DNA from: Halodesulfurarchaeum sp.
Lineage (GTDB): Archaea > Halobacteriota > Halobacteria > Halobacteriales > Halobacteriaceae
DNA length: 64,000 nt
Assembly (NCBI GenBank): GCA_034520565.1
Contig: JAXHNL010000002.1
Location: 1,536,001 to 1,600,000 of the forward strand
Direction of reading: 5' to 3'
The notes under the pieces are model-generated. The model was not told where the DNA came from. It ran no database searches and worked only from the letters and a program-made list of their open reading frames with translations. A program made the position numbers and the translations under genes. Shown one piece after another: positions 52,537 to 62,850 of the stretch. How positions within the stretch are numbered: position 1 is the stretch's first letter; each line of letters begins with the position of its first letter.

Positions 52537-54108
52537 ATGAGCCAGCGAATGAGCGGTGGACAGCCGATATTTATTCTCAACGAGGACAGCGAGCGAACAC
52601 AGGGGAAAGACGCCCGGACCTCCAATATTACGGCCGGAAAGGCCATCGCCGAATCGGTCAGAACGACCCTCGGCCCGAAGGGAATGGACAAGATGCTCGT
52701 AAGCGACGCGGGTGACGTCGTCATTACGAACGACGGGGCGACCATTCTCGACGAGATGGACATCGAGCACCCCGCCGCCCAGATGCTCATCGAGGTCGCC
52801 GAATCCCAGGAGGAGGCCGTCGGCGACGGTACGACGAGTGCAGCGATTCTCGCCGGGCAGTTGCTTTCCGAGGCGGAATCCTTCATCGACGACGACATCC
52901 ATCCGACGACGCTCGTTGAAGGGTTCGCCCACGCCCGCGACATTGCCTTTGACGCCCTCGATGACCTGATCCTCGATGTCGACATCGACGACGACGTCCT
53001 CACCGACATAGCGCGATCGGCCATGACCGGGAAAGGAACGGGCGGCGTGACTGCCGAATCGCTTGCCGAGAACATCGTCTATGCAGTCAGGCAAGTCGAG
53101 GAAAACGGCGTCATTCACGACGAGAACATCCAGATCGTGACCCAGCCAGGCGAGTCCTCGAGCGCGACGGAAGTCGTCGATGGGGTCGTCATCGACGAAG
53201 AACCGCTCCGGGAAGATATGCCACGCAAGATCGAGGACGCGACCGTCGCCGTCGTTGACGCCGATCTGGACACTCGCGAAACCGAGGCCGACGTCGAATA
53301 CAACGTCCAGAGTGCCGACCAGTTGGATCAGGCGATCGCAAGCGAACAAAAGGAACTTCGCCAGTACGCCGACGCGCTTGCGGACGCTGGCGTCGACGTG
53401 GCCTTCGTGACGGGGGACGTCGCCGACATGACTGCCGGGTTCCTCGCTAACGCTGGCATTCTCGCCTTCGATTCGATCAGCAGCGACGACGCGAAATCGA
53501 TCACGCGAACGACTGGAGCTCGCTTGCTTGCGACTGTCGAGGACATCGAGGCAGGTGACCTCGGTCACGCCGAAAGCCTCTCAGTGAAGCGTTACGGTGA
53601 CGACGAACTCCTCTTCGTCTCCGGTGGCGCCAGCGCGGAGGCGGTGACGCTGTTCGTTCGAGCCGGCACCGAGCACGTCCTCGACGAACTCGAACGGGCC
53701 GTCCAGGACGGCGTCGACGCCGTCCTCGCGGCAGCGGATACCGGCCAGGTCGTTCCCGGAGCGGGCTGTACAGAAGTCAAACTCGCGAACGCTGTCCGGT
53801 CGGCAGCAGCCGGAATCGAGGGACGGGAGCAACTCGCCGTCGAAGCTTTTGCCGATGCGCTCGATTCGATCCCGCGGACGATCGCGGAAAACACCGGCAT
53901 GGACCCGATCGACGCTCTGGTGGAAGTCCGGGCGGCCAACGAGGACGGACGCGGCGGAATCCTCGCCCGTTCCGAGCGAGGGACCGTCGACGACCCCGTC
54001 GAATATGGCGTCCTCGACCCCGCAGCCGTCAAGCGCGAAGTGCTGTCCTCCGCGACGGAGGCAGCCACGATGATCGTTCGGATTGACGACGTGATCACCG
54101 CCAAGTAA
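52537..54108 (+). CDS. Thermosome (group II chaperonin) subunit lacking the GGM tail
   Basis: [34 protein letters not shown]. Confidence 0.95.
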   Translation: MSQRMSGGQPIFILNEDSERTQGKDARTSNITAGKAIAESVRTTLGPKGMDKMLVSDAGDVVITNDGATILDEMDIEHPAAQMLIEVAESQEEAVGDGTTSAAILAGQLLSEAESFIDDDIHPTTLVEGFAHARDIAFDALDDLILDVDIDDDVLTDIARSAMTGKGTGGVTAESLAENIVYAVRQVEENGVIHDENIQIVTQPGESSSATEVVDGVVIDEEPLREDMPRKIEDATVAVVDADLDTRETEADVEYNVQSADQLDQAIASEQKELRQYADALADAGVDVAFVTGDVADMTAGFLANAGILAFDSISSDDAKSITRTTGARLLATVEDIEAGDLGHAESLSVKRYGDDELLFVSGGASAEAVTLFVRAGTEHVLDELERAVQDGVDAVLAAADTGQVVPGAGCTEVKLANAVRSAAAGIEGREQLAVEAFADALDSIPRTIAENTGMDPIDALVEVRAANEDGRGGILARSERGTVDDPVEYGVLDPAAVKREVLSSATEAATMIVRIDDVITAK

Positions 54109-54197
54109 CCGACGCGGTACCGCTTCTCCCGGTCCGAGGAGTACTGGCTGGAAATCGGTCCCCGTACTTCTTTGCCGGTCGGACCATAGGTTCGCCC

Positions 54198-54818
54198 ATG
54201 CGCTCAGAACCCGACGTCAAACTGGATAGATCTCAGGGGGTCTGGGCAGTCACACACGCACGGTCCGTCGTCGAAGCAGTCGTCGAAACCGGGGTCAAAC
54301 CGAAACGACCCGAGCCCGTCGATCCGGTTTTTCAAATCGACAGGGGCGCGTTCGTGACCCTGAAGCAGGCAGATAAGTTGCGCGGTTGCATCGGTCGTCC
54401 AACTCCGGAGCAACCGGCACTCAAAGCGATTCGTGCAGCCGCTGCCGACGCTGCCACAGCTGATCCGCGGTTTCAACCCGTACAACCGAGAGAACTTCCA
54501 CGTGTTCGGGTCGAGGTGAGTGTTTTGACGCCACCCCGACAACTGGATGCACCGAACCCCGAACTCGTAACCGTCGGGAAGGACGGATTGATCGTGTCTG
54601 GTCGGGGGAACGGTGGGTTGTTATTGCCGCAGGTTCCGGTTGAGCAGGACTGGGACGCGAAGACGTTTCTCGCCCAGACGTGCCGGAAAGCCGGTCTCCC
54701 CGCGGACTGTTGGAGGGAATCGGACGTTTCCATCCAGCGGTTTTCCGCCCAAATCTTCGAAGAACGGGAGCCGAGAGGCGAAGTCCAAATGCGACCCATC
54801 GAATCTGCGGAGCAATAA
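54198..54818 (+). CDS. amrA: AMMECR1-domain protein (AmmeMemoRadiSam protein A)
   Basis: GAFVTL...LRGCIG, DPRF, EVSVLTPP, GLLLPQVP, KAGL. Confidence 0.92.
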   Translation: MRSEPDVKLDRSQGVWAVTHARSVVEAVVETGVKPKRPEPVDPVFQIDRGAFVTLKQADKLRGCIGRPTPEQPALKAIRAAAADAATADPRFQPVQPRELPRVRVEVSVLTPPRQLDAPNPELVTVGKDGLIVSGRGNGGLLLPQVPVEQDWDAKTFLAQTCRKAGLPADCWRESDVSIQRFSAQIFEEREPRGEVQMRPIESAEQ

Positions 54819-54821
54819 CCC

Positions 54822-55661
54822 ATGTCCACACACCGATCACCAGCCGTCGCCGGCCAGTTCTATGCCGGTACCGAAGCCGGCCTTCGCGAGCAAATCGAAT
54901 CGGCCTTCGAACATCCGATGGGCCCGGGAAGTGTCCCGGTCGTGGAACCCACTGTGGGATTGCCCATCGCCATTATTTCGCCGCATGCCGGGTATCCGTA
55001 TTCGGGCCCCATCGCCGCACACGGGTTTGCCAGAATGGCTGCCGGTGGACGACCGGAGGCAGTTGTCATTCTCGGCCCCAATCACGGCCGCGGTGGTGCG
55101 CCGCTCGCGATTTCCGATGCAGATCGATGGGAAACACCACTTGGTTCGGTTCCAATTCACGATGAAATCCGTTCGTCCCTCGCGACGGCACCGGGGCTCG
55201 AACTCGACGAGCGGACCCACGACGGCGAGCATTCCCTCGAAGTGCAGGTACCCTTCCTCCAGTATCTCTACGACGACGTCCCGATCGTGCCCGTACTCAT
55301 GAGTCGACAGGACGAAAGCCGGGTCACCCAGGCTGTGTCCGCACTCACCGAGGTGTTTTCCAGTGACCGAAACGTGGTCCTGATCGCGTCGACGGACCTC
55401 ACCCATTATGAACCTCACGAGGTGGCAAAACGCGACGATGAACCGATTCGCCGGGCCATCCAGGATCTCGATGCGGACGGGATCATGGAGGCCGCGCGAT
55501 CGGGGCATACCATGTGTGGGTTTGGCCCGACGGCCGCAATTCTCCGGGCGAGTCACGAATCCGGTGGGACCGAAGGATCAGTCCACGCCTATGCAACGAG
55601 CGGGGACACGGCCGGCGGTACCGACTCTGTCGTCGGATACGTTTCGGCGGCAGTTACGTAG
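54822..55661 (+). CDS. amrB: MEMO1-family protein (AmmeMemoRadiSam protein B)
   Basis: PAVAGQFY, PHAGYPYSG, GPNH, EHSLEVQVPFLQ, STDLTHY, CGFGP, YATSGD, VVGY. Confidence 0.92.
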   Translation: MSTHRSPAVAGQFYAGTEAGLREQIESAFEHPMGPGSVPVVEPTVGLPIAIISPHAGYPYSGPIAAHGFARMAAGGRPEAVVILGPNHGRGGAPLAISDADRWETPLGSVPIHDEIRSSLATAPGLELDERTHDGEHSLEVQVPFLQYLYDDVPIVPVLMSRQDESRVTQAVSALTEVFSSDRNVVLIASTDLTHYEPHEVAKRDDEPIRRAIQDLDADGIMEAARSGHTMCGFGPTAAILRASHESGGTEGSVHAYATSGDTAGGTDSVVGYVSAAVT

Positions 55662-55753
55662 ATGAGTAAACAATGGGCGTCACTCTGTGGGCATATCGAC
55701 TCGCCGGGTGAATGTCATCGGATTTATGCTGGCGTAACCAACCCCTTGTAGGT

Positions 55754-56350
55754 ATGCAATCAACCCGCCGTCGCTTCCTCCAGATAGGGTCGCTCGCGAC
55801 AGTCGGTTCGATCGCCGGCTGTCTCGGCGGTGGCTCCGATACCCTCCCGGCACCGACTAAAGGTGATCCGGATGCTCCGGTTACCGTCGAGTCCTTCGAG
55901 GACTTCACCTGCAAGTACTGTCGACTGTTCGCTCTCGACATTCTTCCAAAAATCGATTCACAGTACATCGATCCCGGTTCGGTCAAATTCGTTCGGCACG
56001 ATTACCCGTTCCTGGATCCGGAATGGTCCTTCAAGGTCGCCAACGCGGCCCGTGCCGTCCAGGACAGTCAGGGGGACAGGGCGTTTTTCGAGTTCGAACA
56101 GGGGCTCTACGAAGCCTTCGGTTCGTACAGTCTGGAAACGTTCGAAACCCTCGCCGAATCGGTTGGGGCGGATCCCGAAACTGTTCGAACAGCAGCTGTC
56201 GAGGATACCTACCGACAGACACTGGAATCTGAACTCGAACTGGGCGAGGAAATGGGAGTCTCCGCCACTCCGACGGTGTTCGTCAACGGCGTCAAAGCTC
56301 CCTCGCCACGGTTCCGTGACGTCGCGAGTACGATCGAGGATCAGTTGTAG
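55754..56350 (+). CDS. DsbA/thioredoxin-fold Tat lipoprotein
   Basis: TRRRFL signal, IAGC lipobox, CKYC active site, GVSATPT. Confidence 0.88.
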   Translation: MQSTRRRFLQIGSLATVGSIAGCLGGGSDTLPAPTKGDPDAPVTVESFEDFTCKYCRLFALDILPKIDSQYIDPGSVKFVRHDYPFLDPEWSFKVANAARAVQDSQGDRAFFEFEQGLYEAFGSYSLETFETLAESVGADPETVRTAAVEDTYRQTLESELELGEEMGVSATPTVFVNGVKAPSPRFRDVASTIEDQL

Positions 56351-56396
56351 CTCCCACGAGCGGTATTTGAATCGGAGCGCACGTCCCTCCGGTGGT

Positions 56397-56424
56397 ATTG
56401 TGCGTCTATTACACAATCGTTAAG
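56397..56424 (+). promoter_or_regulatory. Candidate operator ATTGTG-N9-CACAAT abutting the TATA-like TTAAG of trxA
   Basis: 6-bp inverted repeat; a related copy has the same spacing upstream of the CoA-disulfide reductase gene. Confidence 0.5.
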
Positions 56425-56451
56425 TGTCCAGATGAGATATTTCGGCATACT

Positions 56452-56874
56452 ATGAGCGAAGCATCCGACAAAATCGACGAGATTCGCGAACGCAAGCGTC
56501 AGGAACTTCTGGGGGAAGATGAGTCGAAGGAAAGCTCGAGCGACACGGCCCCAGACGAGCCGATTCACATCCGTTCGGGCGACCACTTCGAGGAGGTTAC
56601 CGCTTCCTACGACGTCGTCCTCGCGGACTTCCACGCAGAGTGGTGTGGCCCCTGCAAGATGCTCGAACCGGTCGTCGAGGAACTGGCTGCCGAAACCGAC
56701 GCCGCAATGGCGAAAGTCGACGTGGACGAACTTCAGGGGCTGGCCCAGGCCCATCGCGTCCAGGGCGTGCCGACGATGATTCTCTTTTCGGACGGCGAAA
56801 TCGCCGAGCGGATCGTCGGTGTGCGCGAGAAAAGCGACATTCTGCGGCTCATCCAGCGGGAAGGCGGCGACTGA
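56452..56874 (+). CDS. trxA: Thioredoxin
   Basis: ADFHAEWCGPCK, VQGVPT. Confidence 0.95.
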   Translation: MSEASDKIDEIRERKRQELLGEDESKESSSDTAPDEPIHIRSGDHFEEVTASYDVVLADFHAEWCGPCKMLEPVVEELAAETDAAMAKVDVDELQGLAQAHRVQGVPTMILFSDGEIAERIVGVREKSDILRLIQREGGD

Positions 56875-56943
56875 GAGGACCGACAGCTCGCGGACTCAGG
56901 TCACAACAGTGACGCTTTCAATACCCAATTCACCTGCCCTCCG

Positions 56944-57354
56944 TTAGGTTACGGGCGGTGGTGATTCAGGGCTGTCCGAACCCTCGCCGTACTTCTCCCG
57001 GAACCGAGCGACGAGGTAGCCGATCTGGGCATACCAGTCGTTGACCTTTGTCTGCATTTCGTCGGCGATTTCGTCCGGGTCCGTGATTCGATAGACGTGA
57101 TAGTATCCGCCTCGATCGTAATTGACCTGGTCTTTCTGGACCAGACCGAGTTGCAGCAGTCGCTGGACGGATCGGTAGACCGTCGATCGTTCCCGATCGA
57201 CGGTGGTCGCCAGTTCGTCCACGGTTCGGGGCGCTTCCGCGTCAGCCAACACCCGGAAACACTGTCGGTCGAGGTCGTTCAGATCGTACAGACACTCCAG
57301 CAGGCTCTGGCACTCGAGATCCCGTTCCAGATGCCTGTTCAATGCCTCGACCAT
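56944..57354 (-). CDS. TrmB-like winged-HTH transcriptional regulator with Cys residues
   Basis: ECQSLLECLYDL, VDRERSTVYRSVQRL, GGYYHVY. Confidence 0.85.
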   Translation of the reverse strand: MVEALNRHLERDLECQSLLECLYDLNDLDRQCFRVLADAEAPRTVDELATTVDRERSTVYRSVQRLLQLGLVQKDQVNYDRGGYYHVYRITDPDEIADEMQTKVNDWYAQIGYLVARFREKYGEGSDSPESPPPVT

Positions 57355-57427
57355 ACGATTTGCTATTCAGGGTCCGGGGTCAAAAGTCTTGCTCGGTATA
57401 TCCAATATTGGACATTCACCTAAGGGA

Positions 57428-58783
57428 CTACTTCCGAATCGACCCGGCAAGGACTTTTGCGGCCGTCAGAACTGGATCCCACGTCGGGCCAAACGGCGGT
57501 GCATATGCCAGATCCAGTCGCTCCAACGTGTCGACTGTCATCTCTTCGTGAAGCGCTGTCGCGATAGTATCGATGCGTTTGGTTACCCCCTCGTTCCCGA
57601 CCATACTCGCGCCGAGGACCCTGCCCGATTCACGATCCCCGACCAGCGATACCGTGATCGGTGAACCGCCGGGGTAGTATCCGGCCCTGGATCGAGTAGT
57701 GACCGTTTTGGAAACTGGTTCGAATCCGGCCTCGCTGGCTCGATTTTCGTCGACGAGTCCGGTCCGTGCGGCCTCGAGATCGAACGCCTTGACAGCCGCA
57801 GTCCCCACGATCGATCCGACCGGTGTTGGAGCACCGGACACGGTCTGACCGATGGCTCGGCCGGCCCGATTGGCCGTCAGAGCCAGTGGAACGTGAACGG
57901 GGTTGCCCGTGACTGCGTGGGTCATTTCTGTGCAGTCACCGGCTGCATAGACGTCATTGGCGGACGTTCGTCCGTACTCGTCGGTCGCGATGGCACCGGT
58001 TTCACCGACCGCGATGCCGGCGGATTCGGCCACTGCAGTGTTTGGCTCGACACCGACGCCCACGAGAGCCATATCGACGGGAACGGACTCGTTTGGTGTT
58101 TGAATGGCCGTTACGTCCGATTCACCCTCGAACCCATTGACTGGTGTCTCGAGAAACAGTGACACTCCCTGTTCGCGGAGTTCCGTTTCGACGGCCGTGG
58201 CGACCGCCTCTCCGAAGGGATCCAAAACGTGGGACAACAGTTCGAAGAGGTAAACGTCGAGTCCTCGAGCGTCGAACGCCTCTGCCATTTCGATGCCGAC
58301 GTATCCTCCACCGACGATTCCCACCGAATCCGGTCCCTCGTCCCCTTCGATACGCTCGCGGATCGCCCAACCGTCCTCCATATCGTGCAGCGTATAGATC
58401 CCCGGAAGTTCGATACCGTCGATCGGGGGGACAATCGAACTCGCACCTGTCCCAACGAGGAGCTCACCGTACGACTGTTCGAACGTCCCGTCGGGACCTT
58501 CCACGGTCACCTTTTTCGCCCGCGTATCGATGGCGACCACTTCATGTTCGGTCCGGAGGTCGATGTCCCGTTTCTCGCGGAACTCGGTCGCCGGTATCGA
58601 AACCAGGTCTTCGAGCGCGTCGATTTCCCCTTTGACGTAGTACGGAAGTCCACAGGCCCCGTAGGAGACCCATTCCCCTCGCTCGAAGACCACGATCTCC
58701 CGGTCGGGCGCCTCTCGTCTCGCTTTGCTTGCGGCACTCATCCCGGCGGCGTCGCCACCGATGACGACGAACGGTTCACTCAT
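57428..58783 (-). CDS. FAD-dependent pyridine nucleotide-disulfide oxidoreductase (CoA-disulfide / NAD(P)H:sulfur reductase / Nox family)
   Basis: GGDAAGMSAA, single-Cys SYGACGLPY, GGGYVGIE, AAGD, LDLAYAPPF. Confidence 0.88.
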   Translation of the reverse strand: MSEPFVVIGGDAAGMSAASKARREAPDREIVVFERGEWVSYGACGLPYYVKGEIDALEDLVSIPATEFREKRDIDLRTEHEVVAIDTRAKKVTVEGPDGTFEQSYGELLVGTGASSIVPPIDGIELPGIYTLHDMEDGWAIRERIEGDEGPDSVGIVGGGYVGIEMAEAFDARGLDVYLFELLSHVLDPFGEAVATAVETELREQGVSLFLETPVNGFEGESDVTAIQTPNESVPVDMALVGVGVEPNTAVAESAGIAVGETGAIATDEYGRTSANDVYAAGDCTEMTHAVTGNPVHVPLALTANRAGRAIGQTVSGAPTPVGSIVGTAAVKAFDLEAARTGLVDENRASEAGFEPVSKTVTTRSRAGYYPGGSPITVSLVGDRESGRVLGASMVGNEGVTKRIDTIATALHEEMTVDTLERLDLAYAPPFGPTWDPVLTAAKVLAGSIRK

Positions 58784-58807
58784 GGCCGTGGGGAACACGA
58801 CTGCAGC

Positions 58808-58835
58808 AATAAGATTTGTGACGGTTTGACACTAT
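58808..58835 (-). promoter_or_regulatory. Candidate operator ATAGTG-N9-CACAAA abutting the TATA-like TTATT of the CoA-disulfide reductase gene
   Basis: Same half-sites, N9 spacer and 3-nt gap between CACAA and the TATA as at trxA. Confidence 0.45.
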
Positions 58836-58981
58836 TCGACCGTTGGAGACCATCCTGTCCACGTTCACCGATCCCATTAACGGTCGATCACGGTCGGCGT
58901 CGTCTTGGAGGTGGCTCGTGGGCCAGAGTTCGACGAAATCACTACATCCGAACGTCGCTTCGGGTCGCTCCACGTCGGTAC

Positions 58982-59395
58982 CTATTCCTCCGATATATTC
59001 GTGCGTGAGTCTTTTATATCGTCGTGTAGCGTCGCCTTCAGGTCTAGAACGGGCGATCCGTCCAACATATCGACACCTCGAATCTCGATGTCCGTCCCGT
59101 TGAGTGCTGTGACGGTACACGTGGTAATGACGACGGGATTCGGACGGGCCGGCGAGCGGGAAGCAAAGACTCCCCGCCCCGGTACCTTATCGAGGACGAG
59201 GAGGTCACGGTCCGCTTGATCGGCATACCAGACGACGACGAGTTCGTCTCCGACTTCGAGACCTTGCAGCCCCGGTTCGTACGCGGATCGGACCGATATC
59301 GTCCCCTGAATGTCGTCTTTGCGTCCCTGACTCGGGGCATCTCGCGTCGTCTCGATCGGCGTCGATACCGTTCCGATCGGTTCGAGTTCGATCAT
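58982..59395 (-). CDS. TrmO/TsaA-like SAM-binding protein (tRNA m6t6A37 methyltransferase family, single domain)
   Basis: PIGTV, GVFASRSPARPNP, VDMLDGSPVLDLK. Confidence 0.85.
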   Translation of the reverse strand: MIELEPIGTVSTPIETTRDAPSQGRKDDIQGTISVRSAYEPGLQGLEVGDELVVVWYADQADRDLLVLDKVPGRGVFASRSPARPNPVVITTCTVTALNGTDIEIRGVDMLDGSPVLDLKATLHDDIKDSRTNISEE

Positions 59396-59544
59396 ATTCC
59401 CTGTTCATTTGGTACTCACTCAGCAGTTCCGATTGCCAACGATAGTCATGGACTACCGCAATCAGAAAATAAATTTTGCATAGACATAACTTTCACTTCT
59501 GAAAGGCAAACTTTTTCAATTCAGCGGGACAACCCACGATTGCA

Positions 59545-60222
59545 ATGGCAGAAGAACCCGAAGACACGACGTCTCGGCTGTCGCTTATCGGAGACCGGTT
59601 TCCCGATCTCACGGTGGAAACGACACACGGTACGTTCCGACTTCCAGCGGATTTCGAGGGCGAGTGGCTGGTCCTCTTCAGTCATCCGGGGGACTTTACG
59701 CCGGTCTGTACGACGGAATTCGTGGCGTTCGAGCAGCGGCGCGAGGAATTCGAGGATCTGAACGCGAGCCTGATGGGGCTCTCCGTCGACCGGGTCCACT
59801 CACACATCAAGTGGACGGACTGGATCGAGGAGGAACTCGGCATCGACATCGGTTTTCCGATCATCGCCGACGAAACCGGTCGAGTCGGGAGCAAACTGGG
59901 CATGATTCACCCGGGCGACGGAACGAGTACCGTTCGTGCGGTTTTCCTCGTCAATCCGGAGGGAGTCATCCGGCAGATCCTCTATTACCCGAAAGAGGTC
60001 GGCCGCAACATCGACGAAATCCTGCGCTCGCTCGAAGCACTGCAGTACAGTAACGCGGAAGGGGTCGCGACGCCCGCCGATTGGCCGGACAACGACCTCT
60101 TTGGCGAGCAAGTGCTTCTCCCGCCGCCCAGCACCGACGACGACGCAGCGGCCCGGATCGAGGAGGCCGAGGAGGCGGGGTATGACTCCCGTGACTGGTG
60201 GTTCACCCTCCGCGAGAAATAA
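59545..60222 (+). CDS. Peroxiredoxin (Prx6 / archaeal 1-Cys type)
   Basis: [28 protein letters not shown]. Confidence 0.93.
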   Translation: MAEEPEDTTSRLSLIGDRFPDLTVETTHGTFRLPADFEGEWLVLFSHPGDFTPVCTTEFVAFEQRREEFEDLNASLMGLSVDRVHSHIKWTDWIEEELGIDIGFPIIADETGRVGSKLGMIHPGDGTSTVRAVFLVNPEGVIRQILYYPKEVGRNIDEILRSLEALQYSNAEGVATPADWPDNDLFGEQVLLPPPSTDDDAAARIEEAEEAGYDSRDWWFTLREK

Positions 60223-60306
60223 TCGAAGCTCAGCAGTTCGTTGGACGCTTCTGAAACCGATTAACCCGGTGCAAACGTTTTCCAACCTGCCAACCCTTGG
60301 TGAAAC

Positions 60307-61713
60307 ATGCCGAATTCACCAGACGTCGTTTTCTGGCATCGACGGGATCTCCGGACCGTCGATAATCGAGGATTACAGACGGCCGCTGCTGCCGGCTCCG
60401 TGCTCCCCGTTTACGTCATCGACCCGGATCTGGTTTCGATGGCCGGTCCAGCCCGGACCGGTTTTTTCGTCGCCTCGCTCGCTTCGCTGCAGGAAACCTA
60501 TCGGGAGATGGGGACCGATTTGCTCGTGCGAGATGGGGACCCGACAGTAGTCATTCCGGAACTTGCTGACGAATTCGACGTCGATACTCTCGTCTGGAAT
60601 CGAGATTACTCGCAGTTTGCCACCCGACGAGATCGGTCCGTCACGGAAAACCTTCCCGATGCTGTCACTGCAGAATCAGTCCCTGATATGACCTACCACG
60701 AGCCCGGATCGATCCTGACCAACAAGGGGGAGTACTACTCGGTTTTTTCCTACTACTACAAGAAGTGGGCCGACAAGGAGCAAGAGGACGCAATCCCCCA
60801 ACCCGCGTCCGATTCATTCATCGAAGAGCGTCGGGAGTCTGTTCGATCGATCGTGGAATCTCCCGGGGAATCGTTGCCACTTCCCGCGGGCCGTTCGGCT
60901 GCCCTCGAACGGCTGCACAGGTTCACCGATGGACCGATTTACGAGTATGCAACTGCGAGAGACGTGCCAGCAAAAGCGGGAACATCGAGACTTTCACAGG
61001 ATCTCGCCTTCGGTTTGCTCGGAATCAGAGAAGTCCTCGAGGATATACGGGCTGCAACGAATTCCGCTTCCTCGGACACAAAGCGCGAGTCAGTCGAGGA
61101 GTTTCGTCGGCAACTCGCGTGGCGGGATTTCTACGTTCAAGTCCTCGCTGCCCATCCCGAAACGGTCGTGGAGAACTTCAAAGACTTCGAAAACCCCATT
61201 CAGTGGCGTGAGAACCCGGAACACCTCGAGGCCTGGAAATCGGGTAAAACAGGGTACCCGATCGTCGACGCCGGCATGCGGCAACTCCGATCGGAAGCAT
61301 ACATGCACAACCGCGTTCGAATGCTCGTCGCTTCGTTTCTCACCAAGGATCTCCAGCTCGACTGGCGAAAGGGGTATCGGCACTTTCGTCGCCATCTTCT
61401 CGATCACGAGACAGCAAACGACGTGGGTGGGTGGCAATGGGCCGCCTCGACCGGAACCGATGCCCAGCCGTACTTTCGGGTTTTCAATCCGATGACCCAG
61501 GGCGAACGGTACGATCCCGAGGCAGCGTACATCACCACCTACGTTTCCGAGCTGGAGGGAGTCGATCCCGAGAAGATCCACAATTGGCACGAACTCGAAC
61601 CGGATCGTCGTGCCCAAATCGCGCCCGAGTATCCCGATCCGATCGTCGATCACGGGGCTCGACGGGAATCGGCGATCGAGATGTTCGAGCGGGCGAGAGG
61701 GAACGACGACTGA
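60307..61713 (+). CDS. phr: Deoxyribodipyrimidine photolyase (class I CPD)
   Basis: WHRRDLR..DN, TSRLS, LAWRDF, TGYPIVDAGMRQL, MHNRVRM, GGWQW, FRVFNP. Confidence 0.95.
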   Translation: MPNSPDVVFWHRRDLRTVDNRGLQTAAAAGSVLPVYVIDPDLVSMAGPARTGFFVASLASLQETYREMGTDLLVRDGDPTVVIPELADEFDVDTLVWNRDYSQFATRRDRSVTENLPDAVTAESVPDMTYHEPGSILTNKGEYYSVFSYYYKKWADKEQEDAIPQPASDSFIEERRESVRSIVESPGESLPLPAGRSAALERLHRFTDGPIYEYATARDVPAKAGTSRLSQDLAFGLLGIREVLEDIRAATNSASSDTKRESVEEFRRQLAWRDFYVQVLAAHPETVVENFKDFENPIQWRENPEHLEAWKSGKTGYPIVDAGMRQLRSEAYMHNRVRMLVASFLTKDLQLDWRKGYRHFRRHLLDHETANDVGGWQWAASTGTDAQPYFRVFNPMTQGERYDPEAAYITTYVSELEGVDPEKIHNWHELEPDRRAQIAPEYPDPIVDHGARRESAIEMFERARGNDD

Positions 61714-61810
61714 GATTTCAGGCCCGACCTTTCGGCGTAAAGTGACCCTGAATGCCCCCTCCTAAACGTTTATCCGGACTCCGGGCGATGGTTCATGTGG
61801 TGTATTTCCA

Positions 61811-62425
61811 ATGAGCGAACGGTCCAATCCTGAGCTGCCGGAGTTGCCCTACGACTACGACGCCCTCGAACCGCACATCTCCGAGCAGGTTCTCGAGTGG
61901 CATCACGACACCCACCATCAGGGGTATGTAAACGGCCTCGACGGTGCCGAGGCGACGCTGGCGGAGAACCGCGCGGCCGGCGACACAGAGGGAACCAAGG
62001 CGGCCCTTCGATCGGTGAGCCACAACGGTTCGGGCCACTACCTCCACACGATGTTCTGGGAGAACATGTCCCCGAACGGAGGCGGCGAGCCCGACGGCGC
62101 GCTCCGAGACCGCATCGAGGAGGACTTCGGTTCGTATGCTGCCTGGAAGCAGGAGTTCAAGGAGGCAGCAGGCTATTCGGCCGGCGGGTGGGCGCTGCTC
62201 GTCTACGACCCGGTCGCAAAACAGTTGCGCAACCTCGCGGTCCAGAAACACAACGACGGTGCCCTTTGGGGGTCCCATCCGATCCTCGCCGTCGACGTCT
62301 GGGAACACTCCTACTACTTCGACTACGGCCCCGCTCGCGGTGACTTCGTGGACGCCTTCTTCGAGGTCGTCGACTGGGACAACGTCGCCGAGAACTTCGA
62401 GAAGGTCAGCTCGCGCGTCGAATAA
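61811..62425 (+). CDS. sod: Superoxide dismutase (Mn/Fe)
   Basis: LPYDYDALEPHIS, HHDTHHQGYV, DVWEHSYY. Confidence 0.97.
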   Translation: MSERSNPELPELPYDYDALEPHISEQVLEWHHDTHHQGYVNGLDGAEATLAENRAAGDTEGTKAALRSVSHNGSGHYLHTMFWENMSPNGGGEPDGALRDRIEEDFGSYAAWKQEFKEAAGYSAGGWALLVYDPVAKQLRNLAVQKHNDGALWGSHPILAVDVWEHSYYFDYGPARGDFVDAFFEVVDWDNVAENFEKVSSRVE

Positions 62426-62467
62426 TCGACCGGTAGCCTTACAAGTCCGAGCGTCGCCCCTTCGGGC

Positions 62468-62743
62468 ATGCCCGTCCCGAAATCCGAGTTCGAACACCTT
62501 CATCCGGCCACGTTTTACGAGCCGAAGGATCTGCTCGAGGCCGACCAGATGTACACGGTTTACGAGATCGCCCGGCTTCTGCAGGAGCTCAAGCCCGATG
62601 CCGAACTCGATCCGGAAACTGAAGCCGTGCTTCTCGACTGGGCGATCCCGTGGATCATGGTCAACGCGGACGATTTGGTCGTCGCCGAACCCAGAACGGA
62701 CGACGAACCCGGGCATTACGGGCTTGCAACTGAATCGACGTAG
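62468..62743 (+). CDS. Conserved haloarchaeal protein (DUF5827-like)
   Basis: MPVPKSEF...MYTVYEIARLLQ...LLDWAIPW; located downstream of sod. Confidence 0.7.
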   Translation: MPVPKSEFEHLHPATFYEPKDLLEADQMYTVYEIARLLQELKPDAELDPETEAVLLDWAIPWIMVNADDLVVAEPRTDDEPGHYGLATEST

Positions 62744-62850
62744 CGACCTTTCATGCGTTCGGAGATCCAGTCATCCCTCGCTATTTCTTCGCACGGGTCG
62801 AGCGAAACACAACCGTTAAACGGAGGTGGGAAATAGAATCGGGTGCACAC

